Assembly: GCA_963850905.1 (NCBI GenBank)
Contig: CAWKMU010000003.1
Span: forward strand, 1,984,001 to 2,048,000
Reading direction: 5' to 3'
Length of the DNA: 64,000 nt
From: an uncultured Gemmatimonadales bacterium
GTDB taxonomy: Bacteria; Gemmatimonadota; Gemmatimonadetes; Gemmatimonadales; Gemmatimonadaceae
Positions 52,516 through 62,849 of this stretch are shown here, in pieces. The translations under genes were made by a program, and so were the position numbers. Positions within the stretch are counted from its first letter, which is position 1. Every line of letters begins with the position of its first letter. The notes under the pieces were generated by a model. It saw nothing but the letters and a program-made list of their open reading frames with translations. It did not search any database and was not told the origin of the DNA.

Positions 52516-53937
52516 CTACGCCCTGGGCGAACTCGAGAGGCGCTTCACCAGGTCGTACATGAACGTTTGGCCTTCGTAAAACGATTGCACTTTGAGGCGC
52601 TCGTCACGCCCGTGGAAGCGGATGTCGTCGCGATCGTAGAAGAGCCCCTGCACCCCGTACGTCGGAATACCAGCCGCCCGCAAGTACGCACCATCCGTTG
52701 CTCCCATCACCATCAGCGGGACCGTGGCGACGCCGGGCCACAACTCGGTGGTGGCAGCAGTGACCGCGCTCAAGAGATCCTCGCGCATTTGCGATGGCGG
52801 TGCGTTGTGGGGTGTCCCCGTGATGGTCACCCGCACGGCGGTGTCCGCGATCACTCGCTGCAATGTCTCGGTCACGTACTCCGCGCTGTCGTCCGGCAGG
52901 ACGCGACAGTTGACGGTGGCGGCCGCCAGCTGTGGAAGGGCGTTCACCGCGTGTCCACCCTCGAGCAACGTGGCGACGCACGTGGTGCGCAGGGTCGCGT
53001 TCCACGGGGTGGATTGTGCGGCGACCCGCCGCATGGCCGCGGTGTCTCCGTTTGCCACCGCCGCGAGATCGCCGCTCACCGGCCCGTGCTCGATGCCCGC
53101 CATCGCCCGGAAGTACGCGCGCGTCACGTCGTTGGTCTTTAGGGGAAAGCCGAACTGCGACAGCCGCTCGAGTGCGCCGGCCAGGTGGTAGATCGCGTTG
53201 TCTGCGACCGGCAGCGAGCTGTGCCCCCCTTTATTGCGCACCTCGAACCGATAGTTGATCACGTACTTCTCGCTGACCTGCACGTCGTTGGAGAGTTTGG
53301 TACCGTTCACCGCCTCGCCCCACCCACCTTCATTCAGTGCATAGTCGGCGTCGATGAGGTCGCGCTTGTTCTTGAGCAGCCACTGCACGCCGTTAAAGGG
53401 GCCACCACCTTCCTCGTCGGCAGTGAGCGCGACGATGAGGTCGCGATCGGGCTTGAATCCCTCACGCTTGTACCGAATCAGATTGGCGATCCAGATCGCC
53501 GCCTGCGCCTTGTCGTCGCCCGTTCCGCGGCCGTAGAAGTAGCCGTCCTTCTCGTTCAGCACGAATGGATCCATGCTCCAGTCCTCGCGCTTCGCCTCGA
53601 CGACGTCGGTATGCGCGAGCAGCAGAATCGGACGCCGGCCTGCCGTTCCGTGGTAGCGGACGACAAGGTTCATCTTGTGGGGGGCCGCACCGCCGACGAA
53701 GATGTCGCGCTCGTCGAAGCCGGCCGCTCGGAGCCGACGCGCCACGGCCTCTGCCACCGGCGTCGTGGCGCCAGTCGTATAGCCCGACTGGATTTCGATG
53801 ATCTCCTTATAGATGGCGTGCGCGAGCTGTTGGTCCTGCTCGGGTGGCATCGTGCGCGTCGTGGGCGATGACTGTGCGGCAGCGACTGATGCGACCAGAA
53901 CGCTGGCGATCACCACTGATTGTGAGATTCTGGACAT
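52516..53937 (-). CDS. M20/M25/M40-family metallopeptidase with signal peptide
   Basis: LLAHTDVV, YGRGTGDDK, TADEE, NEGG, GGHSS, GATD, HGRDER. Confidence 0.9.
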   Translation of the reverse strand: MSRISQSVVIASVLVASVAAAQSSPTTRTMPPEQDQQLAHAIYKEIIEIQSGYTTGATTPVAEAVARRLRAAGFDERDIFVGGAAPHKMNLVVRYHGTAGRRPILLLAHTDVVEAKREDWSMDPFVLNEKDGYFYGRGTGDDKAQAAIWIANLIRYKREGFKPDRDLIVALTADEEGGGPFNGVQWLLKNKRDLIDADYALNEGGWGEAVNGTKLSNDVQVSEKYVINYRFEVRNKGGHSSLPVADNAIYHLAGALERLSQFGFPLKTNDVTRAYFRAMAGIEHGPVSGDLAAVANGDTAAMRRVAAQSTPWNATLRTTCVATLLEGGHAVNALPQLAAATVNCRVLPDDSAEYVTETLQRVIADTAVRVTITGTPHNAPPSQMREDLLSAVTAATTELWPGVATVPLMVMGATDGAYLRAAGIPTYGVQGLFYDRDDIRFHGRDERLKVQSFYEGQTFMYDLVKRLSSSPRA

Positions 53938-54032
53938 GGCGTTCCAACGCGGGGAGGGGAAGGCGTGCCCACCAACAGGCGGAAGGCGGGGCGGCGCGCA
54001 ACACCGGCACGGCCGGCGTGCGCGGCCGGACG

Positions 54033-55268
54033 CTAACTTGGCCCCGCGGCCGAGCCGCCGCCAGACGGCAACCCGCGCAATGTGTGGCATCGCGTGTCGG
54101 GTGAGAGATCCTGCGGGAGGCCGTGCTGGTCGAGGCTTGACTCCGACACTGCGCGCCGTCTGCCCCCCGTGCCGTCGTCGTCCGTGCCAATCAGGCGCGC
54201 CAGCTGGACGTCAGCGAGATCCATAGGGCGCCCCTGCGCGTCGACAAGAGAGAGCTCCCATCTCGCTTCCATCCGAACATAGACGCACTCCGCTCGCCGC
54301 CATGGGTCCACCCACCCAGGTGCACTTCCGACAACCACCTCGAGCGGGACGCCCAGCTCCTGGGCGCGCGTCATGAGATCATAAATCGTGCACTCATCTC
54401 GATGAACCCAGGGAGTGGGGATCCGTTCATCAAGGAAACCCCATCGGAGCCGAACGGTCCCGTGAAGGCGCCCGTACTGATACAACGCCACGAGTGATTT
54501 TCCATCGGCTTCCAGTCGGCGTCGGAGTTTGGATTGCTCATGGCGGTGCCGGTAACGCCACAGCACCATGTCATCGGATAAGGGGCGGCTTATGCGGCAA
54601 GAGCCGAGGATGAGTAGTTCGGTCGTGATCCGGAGCGTCCGACCCCGCTTGTTGAGTTGAACGGTTTTCTGCGGCGGTCCCAACTCAGCCAGGCGGCGCT
54701 CGCCAGGGTCGAACGCCAAGGCGCGGAGCAGGGTCCGCACGTCCATCGCGGCGATGACGTCGTAGTCGGCGAGCCTTGACGGAACCGTGATGATTTCCTC
54801 ATCCAAGAACGTGACGACCTCGCGCCGCTCGACGTCCGCGAGTACGACCGCCACGGGCGCGTGAGCGGGCAAGACGTGAATCACCACGCGACGCATCCGA
54901 GCCAGCCGTTCCGCGTTCGCATCGCGCTCGGCCTCGAGACCGGCAACCTTTGGCGGCAGGAGGCCGAGTCGGAACGCCCAGAGATCGACCTCATCGTCAT
55001 GAGGGTCGAGCGCATAGCGATTGCCATCGCGGTAAATAGGCGGCCGCGCTGGCCTGCATCGCTTGAGCAATGCGAGGGCCTGGCTGGCGGGCGCGATGCC
55101 GGCAGCTTCGAAGCGCTTCGCGGCCTCCTCGAGCGTGATCGGCCGTCCGCGCTCGAGCAACGCGACAATCAGCAGCGAGTAGTAGTTGGCCTCGCCGCTG
55201 GCTTTGGCTATCTCCAAGCGCGGGATCTCGATGCCGAGCGCCTTGCAATACGAGTTCGTCGCGTTCAT
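54033..55268 (-). CDS. Hypothetical protein
   Basis: Long ORF of ordinary globular composition starting MNATNSYCKALG; no family recognised. Confidence 0.55.
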   Translation of the reverse strand: MNATNSYCKALGIEIPRLEIAKASGEANYYSLLIVALLERGRPITLEEAAKRFEAAGIAPASQALALLKRCRPARPPIYRDGNRYALDPHDDEVDLWAFRLGLLPPKVAGLEAERDANAERLARMRRVVIHVLPAHAPVAVVLADVERREVVTFLDEEIITVPSRLADYDVIAAMDVRTLLRALAFDPGERRLAELGPPQKTVQLNKRGRTLRITTELLILGSCRISRPLSDDMVLWRYRHRHEQSKLRRRLEADGKSLVALYQYGRLHGTVRLRWGFLDERIPTPWVHRDECTIYDLMTRAQELGVPLEVVVGSAPGWVDPWRRAECVYVRMEARWELSLVDAQGRPMDLADVQLARLIGTDDDGTGGRRRAVSESSLDQHGLPQDLSPDTRCHTLRGLPSGGGSAAGPS

Positions 55269-55285
55269 CCCGGGACCGCAGTAAT

Positions 55286-56029
55286 TTGACCACCGTGAGG
55301 ACTGCAGACGAGCACGCGAGTTCAGATGGCAACCTAGCACCTCTCGCCAAGGTCGCCAGCGATCGGCCTGACGACGTGAAAGTCTTCATCAGCACTCGGG
55401 AGTCGCGCTGCGGCGAGTGTGCCGAAGACCTCGGCCGGAAGGCGTGGATCTTTCTAGCCGGGGATCGTGGCGCGCTCTGTCTCACCTGTGCCGATCTCGA
55501 TCACCTCGTGTTTTTGCCTGCAGGAGACGCGTCCCTCACCCGGCGCTCGCGCGCGCATTCGCGATTGTCCGCGGTGGTGCTCAAGTGGAGCAGCGCGCGT
55601 AAGCGGTACGAGCGGCAGGGGCTGCTCGTCGAGGAAAGCGCGCTCGAGCAAGCGGAGGCCGAATGTTTGGGTGACGCCGCGGCGCGAGCCAGCCGGCGCG
55701 ATCGTGCGGCGGCACGACGAGCCGAGCTCGATATGGAGTTCCTAGGGCGTTTTGCGGAGCGCATTCACCAGCTGTTCCCACGCTGTCCAGCGGACCGCCC
55801 CGAGCAGATCGCCGCGCACGCGTGCCAGAAGTACACCGGCCGCGTAGGCTGCTCAGCGGCCGCCAAGACTCTCGCGGAAGGTGCGGTGCGGTTGGCGGTC
55901 ACTGCACACGTGCGCCATCGTGAGACTATGTACGACGATCTGCTCGCTCGCGGCACCGCGCGCTTGGACGCGCGTCATCAAGTCCGCGAGCAGGTCGAGC
56001 GCGTGCTGGCCACATGGGGTGAGTGCTAA
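55286..56029 (+). CDS. DUF2293-domain protein with N-terminal Cys cluster; start uncertain
   Basis: CGEC..LCLTC, LVFLPAGDA.LTRR, RYERQG.LVE, LFP.CP, GRVG, AHVRH.ET.YD.LL. Confidence 0.78.
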   Translation: MTTVRTADEHASSDGNLAPLAKVASDRPDDVKVFISTRESRCGECAEDLGRKAWIFLAGDRGALCLTCADLDHLVFLPAGDASLTRRSRAHSRLSAVVLKWSSARKRYERQGLLVEESALEQAEAECLGDAAARASRRDRAAARRAELDMEFLGRFAERIHQLFPRCPADRPEQIAAHACQKYTGRVGCSAAAKTLAEGAVRLAVTAHVRHRETMYDDLLARGTARLDARHQVREQVERVLATWGEC

Positions 56030-56183
56030 CGGGAACTGTGCGCGCCGCCGCCGCTGCCCCCTTCAGTGCAGCTGTGACCCAGACGTGGTCAGCATGGACG
56101 CGGTCGCGACGCTTGCCAGCGAGTGAACGCGCGTGCTCAGTGGTCTACCCAGTTACAGATCAATCCCTCTTGGGAGTGCCGCC

Positions 56184-57209
56184 ATGAGATCTCTCCGATA
56201 CACGTTCGTTCTCCTGGCCTCGCTAAATGCCCGGAATGTGTACTGCCAGGATCAGCCACAGGTTCACAGAATCACATCGGGTCCGCAAACGGTGGAGTGG
56301 GGCTATTTCGACCCCGCCGCCAAGCCGATTCTCACGATCCACTCAGGCGAGATAGTTGAATTGGATACGCCGCTGGCCGGCGCGGAAGAGATGAAAAGCC
56401 TGGGCATGCCAGACAGCCTCATTCGACCCTCGATGCGCGAATTGGACGCGGTAACAGATCGAAGTAAGAGCTACGGGAATATTCTGGTGGGCCCGATCGC
56501 GATCGAGGAAGCAGAACCCGGGGACGTCCTTGAAATACACATCCTGGAAATTCGGCTCCCCGATAACTACGCCGTCAACGCTTTTCACGCTGGAGGGGGT
56601 ACGTTGCCGGAAGATTTTCCCTATGCACGATCGCGCGTGATCCCGTTGGATCGGACTCGTAACGCCGCCCTCTTTGCACCGGGGATCGAGATTCCCTTGC
56701 GCCCTTTCTTCGGGACGGTGGGAGTGGCGCCGGCGCCGGCAGACGGAAGAATCAGCGACCGGGCCCCTGGTAACTATGCCGGCAATCTCGACAACAAAGA
56801 CCCGGTGGCTGGAACCACCCTTTACATACCTGTTCACACCAAGCACGCACTATTTTCTGTCGGCGACGGCCATGCGGGGCAGGGAGGCGGCGAGGTAGAT
56901 GGCACCGCTATCGAGGCCGCTCTTTGGGGACGGTTTCGGTTCTATGTCCGAAAAAACATGAAGCTGAAATGGCCTCGCGCGGAAACCCCGGATCATTACA
57001 TGACCATGGGGTTAGATCCGGACTTGAACAAGGCCGCGCAGATGGCAGTCCGCGAAATGGTTGATTATTTGGTCACGGAACGTCATTTGACTGCGGATCA
57101 GGCCTACATCCTTTGCAGTTTGGCGGTAGACCTGCAGGTGACTCAAGTGGTCGATGGCACCAAGGGCATCCACGCCTTATTGCCGAAGCGCATTTTCCGG
57201 GCACAGTAG
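56184..57209 (+). CDS. Acetamidase/formamidase-family protein
   Basis: WGYFD, GPI.IEEAEPGD.L, RPFFG..GVAP, GNLD, FSVGDGH..QG.GEV, AY.LCS. Confidence 0.85.
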   Translation: MRSLRYTFVLLASLNARNVYCQDQPQVHRITSGPQTVEWGYFDPAAKPILTIHSGEIVELDTPLAGAEEMKSLGMPDSLIRPSMRELDAVTDRSKSYGNILVGPIAIEEAEPGDVLEIHILEIRLPDNYAVNAFHAGGGTLPEDFPYARSRVIPLDRTRNAALFAPGIEIPLRPFFGTVGVAPAPADGRISDRAPGNYAGNLDNKDPVAGTTLYIPVHTKHALFSVGDGHAGQGGGEVDGTAIEAALWGRFRFYVRKNMKLKWPRAETPDHYMTMGLDPDLNKAAQMAVREMVDYLVTERHLTADQAYILCSLAVDLQVTQVVDGTKGIHALLPKRIFRAQ

Positions 57210-57257
57210 CGCATTGGCGCTTATCCCGGCTCCGGGAGGTAATCCTCGCGAAGGATC

Positions 57258-59216
57258 TCACCTGGATGCACCGGCCGCAGACGTGTGACCCGCCACTGGC
57301 TCTTCCGGGAGCTTCTGGATCAGATCTCCCATCTGCGCTCGGGCGCGCTCCCAATCGTCGACGTTGTGGTCCCACGCCCCGGGCGCGCCCCACGCCTCGC
57401 GTTGTCCCATCGGCTCGTGGATCACACTATTGGCCAGCTCGTCGGCGATGGCCCGGCCACCTTTCTTGTGGGACAGCAGCCAGAAATACTCGTAGTCCTG
57501 GCTTCCGCGGCGCAGCAGTTTGAGCCGGATGCTCGCGACCGGCTCGTCGAGCCCCATGGTTTCCCCACGGTAGATCAGCATGCCCAGCCCGTTGTAGACG
57601 TCGCCGGCCCGCTCCGAGCCCGATGTTACTGCCGCTGTGTAGGTCGCCGGGTTCATCCATGCGTGCAGCGCATTGAAGTCGAACTCCCAGATCGTCCAGG
57701 AGTGCGCCTGATATTTCCACGCGACCCAGCCGAGCGCACGACAGCCGAGGGGATCGGCGTCCAGGATGTCCGTGCCAGCGTAGAACCAGTCCTCGACCCC
57801 TTTTTTCCGGAGTTGCTGTACCCGTTCCGGCACGTACGAGCGCACGCCGAGGATCGAGATGTCCACGACATCCGCCAGTCGATCCATCGTCTCCATCGGG
57901 TACGAGCCGTCGATGCGGAACTTGAGCCGCTTCGCGCCGGACTCCTTGAGCAACCGACCATAATACAGGAACTTCTCGATGGACCCCTCGTCGTAGGATT
58001 CGTCGAGGCTCAGGAGAAACACGATCGGCGTCGTACGATTCCATGACGGGTGCTGATCGAAGTGGTCCCCGAAGGCGCGAAAGGCCTTCTTCCACACCTC
58101 ACCGTACTCCGGGGTAAAGCCGCTGTCGGGGAGATCGACTGGCCAGGGACGATAGAACTTCCATTCCTTCCCGTACGGCACGCCGGCGCTCCCGGTATCG
58201 TGATAGACGTTGACGGGGTAGACGTCGAACGGCAGCACCAGCATCTCGATCGGCACGCCGTACCCGGGACCCGAGTAGCCGTACTTCTCGGTGAAGGCGC
58301 TGCCATCGAGATACTTGCCCAGTCGCGCATCGTAGCCGGTCCAGTCGAACTGAATATTGGAGCCGTCGACCGCGATATCGGGCGCGTAGCCGAGGACGCC
58401 CATCGCCAGGCGATGACGGCGGATCATCTGATAGTACTTGAGCTCCAGCTCGGGCGGGAAGGTATTGAGCTCCGTGTCGTTGTGAATGTTTCCCGCGACG
58501 TGGGTCTCCTCCGGCAGCGCGAAATCCCAGATGGCGAGGCTGAGCGTAAGCTCCACACGTTCGCCGGCGGGTGTGGACACCGTGATGGTCGAGGTATACT
58601 CGCCGGGTGGCGCCTCGCGCCGCTCTCGCGGCACGTAGATGTCGAACCAGACGGCCTGATTCTGCTGATCGTGACCAATGTTGTTCATGAGGTCCGGCAC
58701 GTCGAATGGCAGGACGTACGACTTGGGGAACAGGCGGCCCGTGTAATGCGCCGTAGGGATGAGCGCATTGGGATACCATCCGACGCCCAGCGTGTAGTTC
58801 TGGGACGTGCGGCGATCCACATTGACGTACCATTCCTTGAACATCGAGACGCTCGCCTCGCCGAGCGTGACCCCTCCCGGGCCGTTTAGCGCACCCACGG
58901 TCACGTTGACGCGCCTGAGCGGCGCACTGCTCGTCCGTTCGACGATCACCTGGAAGGAGACCGTCTCGTTCCGCGCCGACTTGATCGAGATGTGTCGGTG
59001 CGGTCCGTCCCAGACGGGGTTGGACTCGTGGTAGTCGCCCCGCGGCGCGTCGGGGAGGATGAGCGAGTTTGCCTCACGCGCATTGCCCGTCGTGGGGTCG
59101 ATGCGGAACGAGTCGCCGACCGCCCATACCCGCATGTGGGCAGTGGGCGGCTCCGTCAGCGCGGCCGCGAGGAGGGCCAGCACGGCGGGCCGCAGCGAAC
59201 CCAAACTACTGAGCAT
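57258..59216 (-). CDS. DUF4091 / GH123-like secreted protein
   Basis: Signal peptide, ARNETVSFQ, VWFDIYVP....PG.Y, IWDFALP, LDE, G.LIY.G, SIRLKLLRRG.QDYEY. Confidence 0.65.
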   Translation of the reverse strand: MLSSLGSLRPAVLALLAAALTEPPTAHMRVWAVGDSFRIDPTTGNAREANSLILPDAPRGDYHESNPVWDGPHRHISIKSARNETVSFQVIVERTSSAPLRRVNVTVGALNGPGGVTLGEASVSMFKEWYVNVDRRTSQNYTLGVGWYPNALIPTAHYTGRLFPKSYVLPFDVPDLMNNIGHDQQNQAVWFDIYVPRERREAPPGEYTSTITVSTPAGERVELTLSLAIWDFALPEETHVAGNIHNDTELNTFPPELELKYYQMIRRHRLAMGVLGYAPDIAVDGSNIQFDWTGYDARLGKYLDGSAFTEKYGYSGPGYGVPIEMLVLPFDVYPVNVYHDTGSAGVPYGKEWKFYRPWPVDLPDSGFTPEYGEVWKKAFRAFGDHFDQHPSWNRTTPIVFLLSLDESYDEGSIEKFLYYGRLLKESGAKRLKFRIDGSYPMETMDRLADVVDISILGVRSYVPERVQQLRKKGVEDWFYAGTDILDADPLGCRALGWVAWKYQAHSWTIWEFDFNALHAWMNPATYTAAVTSGSERAGDVYNGLGMLIYRGETMGLDEPVASIRLKLLRRGSQDYEYFWLLSHKKGGRAIADELANSVIHEPMGQREAWGAPGAWDHNVDDWERARAQMGDLIQKLPEEPVAGHTSAAGASR

Positions 59217-59458
59217 CGGAGGCGGGGTTGTCGGTGACTGGTCGCGAAGGCCGCACGCGATGGCCCGCCGCGACGATGAGGAACGGACGCTGAGAAGCTA
59301 CGGCCGGCTCGGGTGCGCTGTGAAGTAGCGCCCTTGCATCCAAAACGCACCGCGAGTCATGTTCAGCCGCGCCGACCCACGACCGGTGCCCGGGTTGACG
59401 TGCCCCGTGGCTGGCGGCTGCTGCCGCGGGTACCGACGCGCCCGAGAACGTAGTCCTT

Positions 59459-59480
59459 CAGAGAGTAGAAAGTAGAGAAG
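59459..59480. repeat. AGA(A/G)AGT heptamer run
   Basis: cagagagtagaaagtagagaag. Confidence 0.45.
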
Positions 59481-59521
59481 AGCGGTCACGCTGGCAGTGT
59501 GGCTTCCCCGAGGAGGAGGCG

Positions 59522-61021
59522 ATGGCACTTCGATTGATGGCGCGGCCGTGGCACGCCCTCGCGTTGGGTGGGCTGGCCGGCGCCCTCCTGGGCGCCGTTG
59601 CTCCGGGCCGCATCGGGCCAGCTGGGTCCACGACGCCGCAGCCTGCCTACGACATCGTGATCCTGGGGGGCCGCGTCATGGATCCCGAATCCGGCGTTGA
59701 CGCGCTACGCAACGTGGGCGTCCGCCAGGGCAAGGTCGTGGTCATCTCGGACGCGCCGATCGCTGGAACGACGACGTTGAACGCCCGCGGCCTGGTCGTG
59801 GCTCCCGGATTCATCGACCTGCACGAGCACGGGCAGGCGCCTCGGAACTACCAGTTCCAGGCGCACGACGGCGTGACGACGTCGCTCGAGCTCGAACGCG
59901 GCACCGACGATGTCGCCGGCTGGTATGCCGCACGCGAAGGGAAGTCGCTGATCAATTTCGGGGTGAGCATCGGCCACTGGCCCGTGCGTATGCGGGTGCT
60001 TCACGACTCGGGGGGACTCCTCCCTACGGGTCCAGCCGCCCGGCTCGCCGCTACCCCTGAGCAACTGGACCAGATCCGCGCCGGCATCGAGCAGGGTTTT
60101 CGGGAGGGAGCGCTAGCCGAGGGCATGGGGGTGAACTACACGCCAGCGGCGACGCACTCGGAAGTCCTCGAGATGTTCCGCGTGGCTGCGCAGAACCACG
60201 CCTCGGTGCACGTGCACCTGCGGTATGCGGCACTCCGCGAGCCGATGACGGCGCTATCGGCGCTGCAGGAGGTCATTGCGGATGCCGCAGCCACCGGTGC
60301 GCCGTTGCAGGTCGTCCACGTCACCAGCATGGGTCTGCGAAACACGCCGGAGCTCCTCGCGGTGATCAAGGGCGCCCGGCAGCGGGGGCTCGACGTCACG
60401 ACCGAGGCATACCCGTACACCGCTGGCAGCACCGACATCAAGTCGGCGATCTTCGACCCGGGATGGCAGGAGAACTTCGGGATCACGTATCACGATCTCC
60501 AGTGGACGGCGACCGGTGAGCGCCTCACCGCCGAGACGTTCGCCAAGTACCGCGCCCAGGGCGGGATCATCGTCATCCACGAGATCCCTGAAGCGGCGGC
60601 GAGGACGGCAATGGCGGATCCAATCGTCATGGTCGCGAGCGACGGGATGCCGCTCTCCGGGCCGGGTGTACACCCTCGAGGGCAGGGCACCTTTGCCCGC
60701 GTGCTCGGCCACTATGTGCGGGAGGAGCGGGCGCTGGATCTCATGACCGCCCTGCGCAAGATGACCTTGATGCCGGCACAGCGCCTGGAAGCGCGCGCCC
60801 CGATGTTCAGAGACAAGGGTCGCCTCCGCGTGGGAGCGGACGCCGACATCACGGTCTTCGACCCGGACCGGGTGATCGACAAAGCGACGTACCAGGACCC
60901 GCTGCAATACTCCGAGGGCATTCGGTTCGTGCTCGTCAACGGGGTGCCGGTCGTCAAGGACGGCGAGCTCGTCGATGGCGTGTTCCCCGGCCGCCCCGCG
61001 CGAGCACCAATCGTCCAGTGA
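59522..61021 (+). CDS. Amidohydrolase (D-aminoacylase/dihydroorotase-like)
   Basis: RBS aggagg, VVAPGFIDLHEH, HVHLR, TEAYPY.AGST, VASDG, HPRG.GTF.R.LG, GADADI.VFDP. Confidence 0.88.
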   Translation: MALRLMARPWHALALGGLAGALLGAVAPGRIGPAGSTTPQPAYDIVILGGRVMDPESGVDALRNVGVRQGKVVVISDAPIAGTTTLNARGLVVAPGFIDLHEHGQAPRNYQFQAHDGVTTSLELERGTDDVAGWYAAREGKSLINFGVSIGHWPVRMRVLHDSGGLLPTGPAARLAATPEQLDQIRAGIEQGFREGALAEGMGVNYTPAATHSEVLEMFRVAAQNHASVHVHLRYAALREPMTALSALQEVIADAAATGAPLQVVHVTSMGLRNTPELLAVIKGARQRGLDVTTEAYPYTAGSTDIKSAIFDPGWQENFGITYHDLQWTATGERLTAETFAKYRAQGGIIVIHEIPEAAARTAMADPIVMVASDGMPLSGPGVHPRGQGTFARVLGHYVREERALDLMTALRKMTLMPAQRLEARAPMFRDKGRLRVGADADITVFDPDRVIDKATYQDPLQYSEGIRFVLVNGVPVVKDGELVDGVFPGRPARAPIVQ

Positions 61022-61100
61022 CTGACCCTCACCGGCGCGAGCGCGGCCCGCAGGCAGTCCCGTTGTTGTTTGCTGTCAACGGGCCGTCGTTGTCTTTCCG

Positions 61101-61133
61101 CCTACTTTCTACTTTCTGCTTCGCTACTCTCTA
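61101..61133 (-). repeat. Second copy of the AGAAAGT element, inverted
   Basis: Reverse complement tagagagtagcgaagcagaaagtagaaagtagg aligns with 20095-20128. Confidence 0.65.
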
Positions 61134-61268
61134 TTTGGTAGGCCGCTTCGGGGACTACCAAATGGTAGTGACGCAGGCATTGGCTCTCCGGATCCGAGGT
61201 GTTGACGCCGCCGCGGCGCACTAACAGATACGATCGTTTGTTGTCATCAATTCCAAAGGAGATGACCA

Positions 61269-61703
61269 ATGACGGTATCGACGGCACTCGAGACCACCAA
61301 TGAAATCTCGGCTTTCATTGCCGAGTACTTCGAGGCATGGAGAGGAACGGACATCGATCGGATCATGTCCTACTTCGACGATGGCGTCACCATTCACGTC
61401 CCGGGTGCTGTCATGCGCGGGAAGCAGGCTGTTCGCGAGGGCTTCGTTGAACCGTTCATCACGGGGTTTCCGGGCAACCGTCACATTGCCCAGAACATGA
61501 TCTTCGGTCCGGACGTCATGGTGGTCGAATGGAGAGTAGAGGGTGAACACACTGGGCCGTACGGCGCGTTGGCCCCAACCGGTGCGAAGATCGATCTGCC
61601 AGGGTGCTCCGTTTACGAATACAATCCGTCCAGCCGTCAAATCACGGCCGGGCGGCTGTACTTCGATCTCGGCACGCTCCTCAAACAGGTCGGGGCCGCC
61701 TAG
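61269..61703 (+). CDS. SnoaL-like ester cyclase / NTF2-family protein
   Basis: RBS aaggag; YFEAW, EW...G.HTG....PTG......GC. Confidence 0.8.
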   Translation: MTVSTALETTNEISAFIAEYFEAWRGTDIDRIMSYFDDGVTIHVPGAVMRGKQAVREGFVEPFITGFPGNRHIAQNMIFGPDVMVVEWRVEGEHTGPYGALAPTGAKIDLPGCSVYEYNPSSRQITAGRLYFDLGTLLKQVGAA

Positions 61704-61730
61704 CCCGCGTGCAGCTCGAGGAGGAATCGA

Positions 61731-61922
61731 ATGAAGACGTACGTCATCACAACGGGTGTCGTCTTCGCCGCGCTTGTCATCGCGCACGTGGCGCGGCTTT
61801 TTGCCGAGGGGCCCCGCTTGCTCACCGAGCCATTTTTTGTGCTGATGACCGCCGCCGCGGCGGCGCTCGCCGTTTGGGCAGGGTGGCTGGTGAGTCGATC
61901 ACGGACGTCAACGCAGGCGTGA
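61731..61922 (+). CDS. Small membrane protein
   Basis: RBS gaggagg; MKTYVITTG..F.....AH.AR with two TM segments. Confidence 0.65.
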   Translation: MKTYVITTGVVFAALVIAHVARLFAEGPRLLTEPFFVLMTAAAAALAVWAGWLVSRSRTSTQA

Positions 61923-61929
61923 CTCGCGC

Positions 61930-62388
61930 GTGATGTTCATTCGCTGGTTGTTCGCCGCGGTGCACCTCCTGGCGCTCGGCATCGGGCTCGGCGCCGTCTG
62001 GTCGCGCGCTCGCGCCTTTCGCGGACCGCTCGATGTCATGGGACTGAAACGCGTGTTTTACGCGGATACCTGGTGGGGCATCGCCGCCATCTTGTGGATC
62101 GGCACGGGGCTCGTACGTGCATTCGGCGGTCTGGAGAAGGGAAGTCAGTACTACATCCACAACTACCTCTTCCAGGCCAAGATGACGGGGCTCGTCATCA
62201 TCCTCCTGCTCGAGATCGCGCCCATGCTTGCCCTCATCCGCTGGCGTAGCCAGGTCGCACGCGGCGTCGAACCCGACACGCACTCGGCCCGAACGTACGC
62301 GACGATCAGTACGATCGAAGCATGCCTGATCGTGCTGATGCTGCTCGCTGCGACGGCCATGGCCAGAGGCTATGGCCAAGGCCACTAG
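61930..62388 (+). CDS. DUF2214-family membrane protein
   Basis: AVHLL, AD.WWG, GL.R....EKG..YY.HN..F..KM, ATAMARG.G. Confidence 0.8.
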   Translation: MMFIRWLFAAVHLLALGIGLGAVWSRARAFRGPLDVMGLKRVFYADTWWGIAAILWIGTGLVRAFGGLEKGSQYYIHNYLFQAKMTGLVIILLLEIAPMLALIRWRSQVARGVEPDTHSARTYATISTIEACLIVLMLLAATAMARGYGQGH

Positions 62389-62450
62389 TCTGGCACACCC
62401 GGCGTAACCGGCTGAGCTGACAATGGCGATTGATGCGCTGCGGCGCCCGC

Positions 62451-62478
62451 TTGACATATTCCTATATAGGAATAGCTT
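62451..62478 (+). promoter_or_regulatory. Promoter with palindromic operator for the ArsR-SRPBCC operon
   Basis: TTGACA (62451-62456), perfect palindrome tattcctatataggaata (62457-62474), TAGCTT (62473-62478). Confidence 0.7.
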
Positions 62479-62486
62479 TTTCTCAC

Positions 62487-62849
62487 ATGGTTTGCGCCGC
62501 CACCACGTCCGACCCCTTCAATGCCGTCGCCGAACCGCGCCGACGGGCCATCCTGGCCTACCTCACTGCTCACGAGCGGCCGGTCGGCGAGATCGCCCTC
62601 GCACTCCGCCTGGCACAACCGTCGGTCTCCAAGCACCTCCGCGTGCTGCATGACGTCGGCCTCGTCGAGGCGCGCCGCGACGGCCGGCAGATCTTCTATC
62701 GGACGAATGCCGAGGGGCTGAGACCGCTCCACGAATGGACCAGCCGATTCGAGCGCTATTGGCGCCGGCAGCTCACGCGAGTCAAGACACGGGCCGAGCA
62801 GCAACTGGATCACCATACCGAGGACCAGACTCGAGGGAGGCAATCATGA
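62487..62849 (+). CDS. ArsR/SmtB-family transcriptional regulator
   Basis: F.AVAEPRRR.IL, QPSVSKHLRVL..VGLV. Confidence 0.88.
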   Translation: MVCAATTSDPFNAVAEPRRRAILAYLTAHERPVGEIALALRLAQPSVSKHLRVLHDVGLVEARRDGRQIFYRTNAEGLRPLHEWTSRFERYWRRQLTRVKTRAEQQLDHHTEDQTRGRQS

